A program made the translations under genes and the position numbers. 12,373 nt of DNA from an uncultured Anaerolineae bacterium. GTDB taxonomy: Bacteria; Chloroflexota; Anaerolineae; JAADDB01. The DNA is taken from the NCBI GenBank assembly GCA_964487375.1, contig CAZAQA010000052.1, positions 1,838 through 14,210 of the forward strand, read 5' to 3'. Position 1 is the stretch's first letter; each line of letters opens with the position of its first letter. Below are positions 1 to 5,764 of the stretch, piece after piece. A model generated the notes under the pieces. That model saw only the letters and a program-made list of their open reading frames with translations. It was not told where the DNA came from and searched no databases.

Positions 1-552
1 GCCTGCACGGCATATCGGTGCACGAGCGGGCGGCGCCGGTGCTGGTGGCCAATCGTTGTGAGAAGAACACCTACGATGGCATTGTGTATTGGGGCGAGTC
101 GGGTGGGGAGGCGCGGGAAAACGTATGTCGGGAGAATGGCCTGCACGGCATATCGGTGCACGAGCGGGCGGCGCCGGTGCTGGTGGCCAATCGCTGTGAG
201 AAGAACGCACAGGATGGCATTGTGTACTTTGGCGACTCAGGTGGAGAGGCACGGGAGAACGTATGTCGGGAAAACGACTTTGACGGCATCAAAATACGGG
301 ACCAAGCAAAGCCCATTCTGGTCACCAATCGCTGTCGAAAGAATGGGCTGAACGGTATCGTCTATTGGGGCAACTCAGTAGGGAAAGCGTCAAAGAATGA
401 ATGTCGGGAGAACGGCTTGAGCGGCATAGCAGTATTGGACCAGGCCGCGCCTAGGCTAATCGCCAATCGCTGTGAGCAGAACATGAAGAGTGGCATTATC
501 TACGGGGGGCAATCAGCAGGGGAAGCGTCAGAGAATGAGTGTCGAAAGAACA
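1..552 (+). repeat. Intragenic tandem DNA repeat, period 138 bp, four copies (1-138, 139-276, 277-414, 415-552) plus a degenerate fifth
   Basis: gcctgcacggcatatcggtgcacgagcgggcggcgccggtgctggtggccaatcg occurs at 1 and again at 139, nearly identical. Copies 1 and 2 are about 90% identical at the DNA level. Copies 3 and 4 are progressively more diverged. Confidence 0.85.
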
Positions 553-686
553 ACCTCGCCGACATAGCCGCCTTGGGGCTCGTTAGGCCGACCCTCAAGA
601 ATAACATCTGTCTTGGAAACAAAGTGGACAATCTTTACGTGGCCCCCGTGGCCAAGCCGGTGTTGAAGGGGAATCGGTGCCCGTAG
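1..686 (+). CDS. 3' portion of a gene (5' end outside window) for a parallel beta-helix (PbH1-like) repeat protein. It has about 4.5 copies of a 46-aa unit made of two 23-aa half-repeats, each with a conserved Asn and Cys
   Basis: The open frame runs from the window edge to TAG at 684-686. The protein shows a repeated pattern, A-P-V-L-V-A-N-R-C-E-K-N-x-x-D-G-I-V-Y-W-G-E-S then G-G-E-A-R-E-N-V-C-R-E-N-G-L-x-G-I-x-V. This fits the roughly 22-residue N-x-i-x-x-N...G-I-x-l-x-x-S signature of right-handed parallel beta-helix repeats (NosD/pectate-lyase-like). Family assignment is by motif only, with no search run. Confidence 0.55.
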   Translation, partial: LHGISVHERAAPVLVANRCEKNTYDGIVYWGESGGEARENVCRENGLHGISVHERAAPVLVANRCEKNAQDGIVYFGDSGGEARENVCRENDFDGIKIRDQAKPILVTNRCRKNGLNGIVYWGNSVGKASKNECRENGLSGIAVLDQAAPRLIANRCEQNMKSGIIYGGQSAGEASENECRKNNLADIAALGLVRPTLKNNICLGNKVDNLYVAPVAKPVLKGNRCP

Positions 687-713
687 CGCCGCAACGGGGC
701 TTGCGACGCTACG
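682..713 (+). terminator. Imperfect 13-bp-stem hairpin overlapping the stop codon of the beta-helix gene. Possible terminator-like structure with no U-tract
   Basis: cgtagcgccgcaa-cggggc-ttgcgacgctacg. The arms are reverse complements with one mismatch. No T-run follows, so this is not a canonical intrinsic terminator. Confidence 0.25.
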
Positions 714-854
714 AGACCATCATCCCATCCCTCGGACGTTGACGGGCCATATGATTGCCGTGCGCCCCTTCGAAGGAGACGGGTGAGGGTCGGAGCCCGT
801 GCCCCGAAATCCCCATTCTGGGGCACAGCGTTAAGGCGGTACAGGAGGACGAGG

Positions 855-1673
855 ATGGACGTGGTGGAAGTGCACCGGCGGGTAACACGGGCGCGAGCGC
901 GGGTGATAACGCACCTGGAGGAGGCCATCCGCGAGCGAGAGGCGCTCATGGCGCGGGGACGGCGGGCGCGCTCGCGCGCGGCCCAACGCGCGCTGGCCGA
1001 GCGCATCGTCCAGACCCTGCGCCAGGAACGGCAGTGGGCCCGGCTCCTCCTGCTGCTCGACCGCCTGCTCGCGGCCCTGGGCATGTACCTCTACGCGCGG
1101 GAGATGCAGGACAGGGCCACCCTGCGCCCATTGCAGCGCGTGGACTGGGATGCAGTCGTGCGTCAGGTGGAGAGCATCGTTACGGCTCGGGCTGATGCCC
1201 AGGCCCGGTTAAACGCCCTCCTGGATGCAATGGGTGCCCCCTCGCTGCCGCCCGCGCCTCGGGCTGTGCCGGCCCGCCCGCCGGGGGAGGAGATGGCGCT
1301 GGTGAAGAGCGTGCCCGATGGGGATGGCCTGCTTCTGGCTGATGGCCGCCGGGTGCGCTATATCGGCATTGACGCGCCTGAAGTCTGGAACCGCTGGCGG
1401 GGAGGCACCGACCCCTTTGCCCGGGAAGCAAAGACCCTGAACAAGCGCCTGGTGGCGGGCAAGTGGGTGCGCCTGGTGCGGGATGTGGTGGACCGAGACA
1501 AGTATGGGCGCCTGCTGCGGTACGTGTACGTGGGGGACGTTTTTGTCAACGCAGAAATGGTGCGGCAGGGGCTGGCGCGAGCCTTCCGCGTGCCGCCCAA
1601 CGAGGTCCACGCGGCCCTGTTCGAGCGCCTGGAACGGGAGGCCCGCCGCCGGCGGCGAGGTATGTGGAAGTAA
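855..1673 (+). CDS. Thermonuclease / staphylococcal-nuclease (SNase)-like domain protein with an N-terminal Arg-rich coiled-coil/hydrophobic region
   Basis: ATG at 855 is preceded by AGGAGG (843-848). An alternative in-frame start at 783 has no RBS. The C-terminal half reads VKSVPDGDGLLLADGRRVRYIGIDAPEV...DPFAREAKTLNKRLVAGKWVRLVRDVVDRDKYGRLLRYVYVGDVFVNAEMVRQGLARAF. This matches the SNase/micrococcal-nuclease fold signature (V.DGDT...VRL.GIDAPE...G.EA...L.G..V.L..D...D.YGR.LAYV..G..VN..LV..GLA). Confidence 0.8.
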   Translation: MDVVEVHRRVTRARARVITHLEEAIREREALMARGRRARSRAAQRALAERIVQTLRQERQWARLLLLLDRLLAALGMYLYAREMQDRATLRPLQRVDWDAVVRQVESIVTARADAQARLNALLDAMGAPSLPPAPRAVPARPPGEEMALVKSVPDGDGLLLADGRRVRYIGIDAPEVWNRWRGGTDPFAREAKTLNKRLVAGKWVRLVRDVVDRDKYGRLLRYVYVGDVFVNAEMVRQGLARAFRVPPNEVHAALFERLEREARRRRRGMWK

Positions 1674-1720
1674 CGATACATCTAGGACGTACCCAAACTA
1701 CATCCGAGGAGGAGGCCATC

Positions 1721-2398
1721 ATGGATGCCCAACGTCGCTTTTGGGACAACTTCCGCCGGATTGCCAAAGAGCATTGGCCCAAAGTACTCACCCCTCTCGG
1801 CATGTTCGCCGCGGTGTTGACGAGTTTTTGGATGACCGTGGTTGTCAATCCACAGAGGGGGGTGCTCCTGTGGATCAATAACATCCTGACCGAAGTCGGT
1901 GGTGGTTTTGTGGAAGATTGGTTGCAGGCTCGGATACGGTCCGGACAAGCACCGTCCTTCCAGAAGGTGCTGGACGAGGTAAAACAGATGCAGAAGGAAG
2001 AACGGGAAATCCTGGAGCGCCTGATTATCAAACTGGACATTCTCCCCGCGCTTTTGCACGAGATTTTCACCCGCATGGACCAACATGCCACGTCGGTGAC
2101 CCGGGAGTTGCGAGAAGGGTTCCGTCATTGTGAAAGTCAGGTTCTGGAATTGCGGGTGGATTGCTTACAGCACCTCATTGAGCGCCTGAGCGCCCAGCAT
2201 GATGAGACCCGGGCCTGGCAGAATCTCATCCTAAGCGAACTCCGTCAACTCCGCACTTCGATAGAATCTATGGCGACGCGGCTGAGGAACCGGTCTTCAC
2301 ATCCGCGGGGAAAAGACCTGGCGGATGCAATCGCCCGGAAGATCCAAGAGGACGTATGGTCCGAAATCCGAGACATCTTAGAGGATGACATCGTGTGA
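1721..2398 (+). CDS. Hypothetical protein, 225 aa. It has one predicted hydrophobic helix near the N-terminus (LTPLGMFAAVLTSFWMTVVV) followed by a coiled-coil-rich region
   Basis: ATG at 1721 is preceded by GAGGAGGAGG (1706-1715) and lies 47 nt after the nuclease stop. The ORF is long, has no overlap problems and shows coding-like periodicity. GC (about 52%) is lower than in neighbouring genes. I recognise no family. Confidence 0.6.
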   Translation: MDAQRRFWDNFRRIAKEHWPKVLTPLGMFAAVLTSFWMTVVVNPQRGVLLWINNILTEVGGGFVEDWLQARIRSGQAPSFQKVLDEVKQMQKEEREILERLIIKLDILPALLHEIFTRMDQHATSVTRELREGFRHCESQVLELRVDCLQHLIERLSAQHDETRAWQNLILSELRQLRTSIESMATRLRNRSSHPRGKDLADAIARKIQEDVWSEIRDILEDDIV

Positions 2399-2454
2399 GT
2401 GGAAACAGGTTGGAAAAATAGGGAAAATAAGGGAAAAGAAATACCAATTAGGGG

Positions 2455-2483
2455 TTGACAGGGAAGACGAAATGTGCTATACT
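2455..2483 (+). promoter_or_regulatory. Consensus sigma70-type promoter: -35 TTGACA (2455-2460), 17-bp spacer, -10 TATACT (2478-2483), with an A-rich UP-like tract upstream (2411-2450)
   Basis: ggggTTGACAgggaagacgaaatgtgcTATACTgttcc has perfect -35 and near-perfect -10 hexamers at optimal 17-bp spacing. The segment gaaaaatagggaaaataagggaaaagaaatacc immediately upstream is AT-rich in an otherwise GC-rich genome. It is followed by GGGGGAG (2501-2507) and ATG 2513. Confidence 0.6.
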
Positions 2484-2512
2484 GTTCCCCGAGGAAGAAA
2501 GGGGGAGCGTTT

Positions 2513-3910
2513 ATGGGCGACAGTGATTTCCTCAGCCTTAAAGAGGCCGCGGAATACTTGAATGTCAAGTACAAAACCGTCTATCGCTTGGTGCGGGACG
2601 GCAAGTTGCCAGCAGTCAAAATCGGGGGCATATACCGCATCCACCGTAAGGACCTGGAAGCATACGTCGAACTGCAACGGGTGGCCCCGCCACGTGCGAC
2701 TGTTTCACGTTGTTCTGTGTGTGGTCGCCCTATCGTTAGCGACCTGAGTGTGGGGGGATACTGTCAGGCCGAGGCATGTGAGGAACCCATCTGTTTTGCC
2801 TGCTGGCAGTGGGAGCACCAACGCTTTTGCCCGGCTCACCAGGCGACAAGGCCTCCAGCAGAGGAGGAGAGCATGGCTGTGACTGCTGAGATGCTTCGCT
2901 GTGGCACCTGCTTTCGGATTATCCCCAGCCCGGATCTGGCAGGAGGGCGGTGTGAAGTCGAGGGATGCGATGCTTGGATATGCACGGACTGTTGGAACAA
3001 ACCGGACGGCCACTTCTGTCGCAAGCACAAGCCGTCCCGGGACGCGAAGTTGCTCGAAGCCCAACGCCTTCTGGCGGCCGGCACGATCCCCTGCCTGGTG
3101 ACGGACCTGGAAGCCCGAAAGCGGGAGATGAACTTCCTCAGCCGCTTTGACTACAAAGTGCATCGGGTGGGCACACTCCTGCATCCGGCTACGGGACGGG
3201 CCCTGCGCATTCAGGATTGGGACAGGCACCACAGCGAGGGGGATGAAACAGAGCGTCTTCTTGAACTCCTGGGCGTGGGCTTCCTGGACAAGGAACTCCT
3301 GGCCCGGACACCTATTAATGCCTGGTCTCGCTACACCATACCCCCGTCTGGGCGGGTTCCTGGCCTCATCCTGGAAGCCCGGGTGTTCTCTCACCTGAAC
3401 GCGCACGTTCAACAGGGATTCGATACCCGCCCCGCCACCCTGGAGGACCTGGTGGCTCATCTTCAGACCTGGGCCGAGGAAGCCGAGGCGGAACGAGGGG
3501 CTCACGTGGTCGGTTTGGCCTCCACAACAGGATGGGACGAGGGGGCGCGGAAGTACATTCAAGGGCAGGAGGGCAAAGGGGGCTTCTTCCACGAATGGCT
3601 GATGCCCGTCCTTATCGACCTGGAGACAGGCGAAGTGATCTACAACGCGTGGGACGAACGCCTGGCGCCCCTGGCCCCCCTCTTCGCTCCCCAGTTGCAC
3701 GAGGAGCTGGTGCACACCACCATGCGGCGGGTAGAGGCCCTTTTGGACGACTCCGTGACCGACAGCCTAGTGGCCTCGGAAGTGGCCTCTCGCCTGGGCG
3801 TTCAAGAGGACGTAGTGCACCAGGCCTTTGAGCGCCTGGCGCGTTCCAAGCAATTTGTTGTCGAAGACATTCAGGATTTTGGCAAGACACTCATGCGAAA
3901 GGAGGAATAA
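2513..3910 (+). CDS. Putative DNA-binding protein. It has an N-terminal excisionase/MerR-family helix-turn-helix, two tandem copies of a 43-aa Cys7His1 zinc-binding module, and a C-terminal domain of about 290 aa with unknown function
   Basis: ATG 2513 has an RBS and lies downstream of the predicted TSS. The upstream GTG at 2474 sits inside the -10 element, so it is rejected as the start. The N-terminus LSLKEAAEYLNVKYKTVYRLVRDGKLPAVKIGGIYRIHRKDLEAYV matches the HTH_17/excisionase-type pattern. Module 1 (nt 2711-2839) is CSVCG...GYCQAEACEEPICFACWQWEHQRFCPAH. Module 2 (nt 2900-3028) is CGTCF...GRCEVEGCDAWICTDCWNKPDGHFCRKH. Both have identical ligand spacing C-x2-C-x13-C-x4-C-x4-C-x2-C-x7-C-x2-H. 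Confidence 0.75.
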   Translation: MGDSDFLSLKEAAEYLNVKYKTVYRLVRDGKLPAVKIGGIYRIHRKDLEAYVELQRVAPPRATVSRCSVCGRPIVSDLSVGGYCQAEACEEPICFACWQWEHQRFCPAHQATRPPAEEESMAVTAEMLRCGTCFRIIPSPDLAGGRCEVEGCDAWICTDCWNKPDGHFCRKHKPSRDAKLLEAQRLLAAGTIPCLVTDLEARKREMNFLSRFDYKVHRVGTLLHPATGRALRIQDWDRHHSEGDETERLLELLGVGFLDKELLARTPINAWSRYTIPPSGRVPGLILEARVFSHLNAHVQQGFDTRPATLEDLVAHLQTWAEEAEAERGAHVVGLASTTGWDEGARKYIQGQEGKGGFFHEWLMPVLIDLETGEVIYNAWDERLAPLAPLFAPQLHEELVHTTMRRVEALLDDSVTDSLVASEVASRLGVQEDVVHQAFERLARSKQFVVEDIQDFGKTLMRKEE

Positions 3911-3913
3911 CCC

Positions 3914-4516
3914 ATGGCACTCTTCGACTCTGTAAAGGGACTTTTGGGTGGTCGCAAGCGGACGCTCAATGACCTGAGCATGGACGAGCTCCGCCGGGAA
4001 AAGACACGGTTGGAGCAGATGGAGAGCAAATTCATTAAAGAAGTCGAGGAACTGGAACGCAGGAAGCAAGAACTCTTCCAGAAGGGAGTAGAGGAAGGGT
4101 CGGAGCGCCAGCGCCGCATTTACGCCCGCAAGATTAAGGAACTTGATGTTGAATCCAAGAACATCGATAAGAACCTGAAGTTTATTTCCCGGCAACTGCG
4201 TGTGGTTAACGGGTTCATTCAACTGAAGAAAAATCAGGCCCTTATGGAACAAATGGGCCTCTCGGACATCATCGCCCGCATGGACATCCAGGACCTGGAG
4301 AAGTATGTGGAACAGGCCTCTGTGGAGGGAGAGTTCAACTTCGAAAAGTTGAACGATGTCCTGCGCAGCATCGAAGAGGCTGATAGGCTGGTGGAGATCG
4401 CAGGGGAGGATAAAGACATCGAGGAGATTGTGCGAGCCATGGAGGAGGCCGTAACCACAGACGAATTGACGAAGCCGTTAGAGAAGGCTCTGGAAAGAGA
4501 AGAGGAGGAGATATAG
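3914..4516 (+). CDS. ESCRT-III / Snf7 (CHMP)-family-like protein, 200 aa. It has a basic N-terminal half, an acidic C-terminal half and a C-terminal amphipathic MIM-like helix
   Basis: The start is 3 nt after the upstream stop, suggesting translational coupling. The N-terminus MALFDSVKGLLGGRKRT resembles CHMP4/Snf7 N-termini (MSVFGKLFG..GGK). The ORF is all-helical with coiled-coil heptads. ARKIKELDVESKNIDKNLKFISRQLRV...MEQMGLSDIIARMDIQDLEKYVEQA parallels the Snf7 alpha2-alpha4 core (...MDIDKVDELMQDI...). The tail is acidic (TTDELTKPLEKALEREEEEI). The size of about 200 aa is typical of the family. Assignment is by pattern memory, not a profile search. Confidence 0.65.
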   Translation: MALFDSVKGLLGGRKRTLNDLSMDELRREKTRLEQMESKFIKEVEELERRKQELFQKGVEEGSERQRRIYARKIKELDVESKNIDKNLKFISRQLRVVNGFIQLKKNQALMEQMGLSDIIARMDIQDLEKYVEQASVEGEFNFEKLNDVLRSIEEADRLVEIAGEDKDIEEIVRAMEEAVTTDELTKPLEKALEREEEEI

Positions 4517-4526
4517 GAGGTGGACC

Positions 4527-5696
4527 GTGCCCGTGGACCTAAGTGGTCAGATGTATACCGCCTATCAACAAGCCCTGGCCCGGGCCAAGGTCCGCTTTCA
4601 GGAGGGCAGGTACGCAGAGGCTGCCGCGGCTTACCGCCAGTGCGCGCATCACCTGGAGCGTTACGCCTCCTACCTGCGCAGCGCTGAGGCGCGGGCCCGC
4701 TGGCGCAAGAAGGCCCAGGAGTACCGCCAGTTGGCGGAGAAGATCGAGGCCGGCGAGTTTGCCGTGCCCACGGTGGCAAGTGAAGGAGGCGCATCCCCCA
4801 CGGATAACTACGAGGAGGCGGTCATGGGTCTCATTCACAAGGCCAACGTCACCTGGGACGACATCGCTGGCCTCGAAGAGACCAAGCAGGAGATCAAGGC
4901 CGCGTATGGTCTGGCTCTGGCCAGGAAGCCGGCCGGTGTGCACCTGGACGCCTGGCGCAACATTCTCTTCTACGGGCCGCCCGGCACGGGCAAAACCCTG
5001 CTGGCCGCGGCCACGTCCAACGGGCTGGACGCGACCTTCTTCAGTGTCAAGGTGAGCGATCTCCTCTCCAAGTACTTTGGCGAGTCGACCAAACTTATCA
5101 GCGCCCTCTACAGCGTGGCCCGGCGCCTGGCCCCTTCTGTCGTCTTCCTCGACGAATTCGAGGCGCTGAGCCCGCCACGGGATGGCACCCAGAGCGGCGC
5201 GGAGGCTCGCATTGTCTCCACCTTCCTGGCGGAACTGGACGGCCTGGCTCGCAAGGGGGACAACACCTTTGTCCTCACCATTGCTGCCACCAACGTGCCC
5301 TGGCTCATCGACAAGGCCATCCTCAGTCGTTTTGAAAAACTCATCTACATTCCCTTGCCCGACGCCCCTGCCCGCCGGCGCATTCTGGAGATCGAGGTCA
5401 AACGCAAGGGACACCGCACTGAGGTGCCCTACCGGGAACTTGTGGCCCGCACCGAAGGATACAGCGGCCGCGAGATCTCCCAACTGGCTCGCGAGGCCAT
5501 CAAGGAGATGGTCAAGCGGATGAACCCCGACCTGGCCAAGGTGGTGGACAGGGGCCGCGAGGCGGTGTCCAACTACACCGTGCGCGTGGGGCCCATCAGC
5601 AAGGAAGATTGGGAGAAGGCGTTTAGCCGAGTAATGCGACGTACAACCGCCGCAGACCTCAGACGCTTCGAGGAATGGCGTCGTCATCTAAAGTAA
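4527..5696 (+). CDS. Vps4-like AAA+ ATPase of the meiotic clade with an N-terminal MIT domain
   Basis: GTG start at 4527 has a GGAGGTGG RBS. The MIT-like three-helix region (aa 9-75) reads YQQALARAKVRFQEGRYAEAAAAYRQCAHHLERYASYLRSAEARARWRKKAQEYRQLAEKIE. Compare Vps4 AI.L..KA...D..G.Y.EAL.LY..A..Y.......E......K...R.K..EY..RAE.LK. Walker A GPPGTGKT is at 4974-4997. The pore loop is SKYFGESTKLI (Vps4: SKWMGESEKLV). Walker B is VVFLDEFE. Sensor-1/second-region-of-homology reads IAATNVPWLIDKAILSRFEKLIYIPLPD (Vps4: [29 protein letters not shown]). The C-terminal helix ISKEDWEKAFSRVMRRTTAADLRRFEEWRR matches the Vps4/katanin/spastin C-terminus. Confidence 0.9.
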   Translation: MPVDLSGQMYTAYQQALARAKVRFQEGRYAEAAAAYRQCAHHLERYASYLRSAEARARWRKKAQEYRQLAEKIEAGEFAVPTVASEGGASPTDNYEEAVMGLIHKANVTWDDIAGLEETKQEIKAAYGLALARKPAGVHLDAWRNILFYGPPGTGKTLLAAATSNGLDATFFSVKVSDLLSKYFGESTKLISALYSVARRLAPSVVFLDEFEALSPPRDGTQSGAEARIVSTFLAELDGLARKGDNTFVLTIAATNVPWLIDKAILSRFEKLIYIPLPDAPARRRILEIEVKRKGHRTEVPYRELVARTEGYSGREISQLAREAIKEMVKRMNPDLAKVVDRGREAVSNYTVRVGPISKEDWEKAFSRVMRRTTAADLRRFEEWRRHLK

Positions 5697-5764
5697 AAAA
5701 CAGTCACGAAGCTTTTCATCTACTGCGTAATCGTCGTCCGGGCTTATCATGTGAGGAGATGCCT

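Noticed and set aside
739-760. TTGACG at 739-744 with TATGAT at 749-754 as a possible promoter for the nuclease gene
   Set aside because: The hexamers are only 4 bp apart and no alternative -10 lies at 16-18 bp. Not a credible sigma70 promoter.
783-854. Upstream ATG (783) for the nuclease gene
   Set aside because: It has no Shine-Dalgarno. ATG 855 has AGGAGG at ideal spacing. The 783 extension adds a non-conserved-looking Arg-rich peptide. The true start is probably 855, but it is uncertain.
2474-2512. Upstream GTG start (2474) extending the HTH gene by 13 codons (MLYCSPRKKGGAF)
   Set aside because: GTG 2474 lies inside the predicted -10 hexamer and upstream of the likely TSS. ATG 2513 has a properly spaced GGGGGAG RBS.
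4539-5687. 382-aa ORF on the minus strand fully antisense to the Vps4-like gene. Similar long minus-strand ORFs lie at 2705-3715, 8849-10192, 10511-11023, 1546-2091 and 635-1084
   Set aside because: They are low-complexity and rich in G/A/R/P, and have no RBS. Each overlaps a plus-strand gene with strong family signatures. Long antisense ORFs are expected at about 60% GC. They are artefacts.
5675-5764. Overlapping start at 5675 for the 479-aa gene (MASSSKVKNSHEAF...)
   Set aside because: There is no RBS. It would overlap the ATPase C-terminus by 22 nt. ATG 5765 has GAGGAG at 5753-5758.
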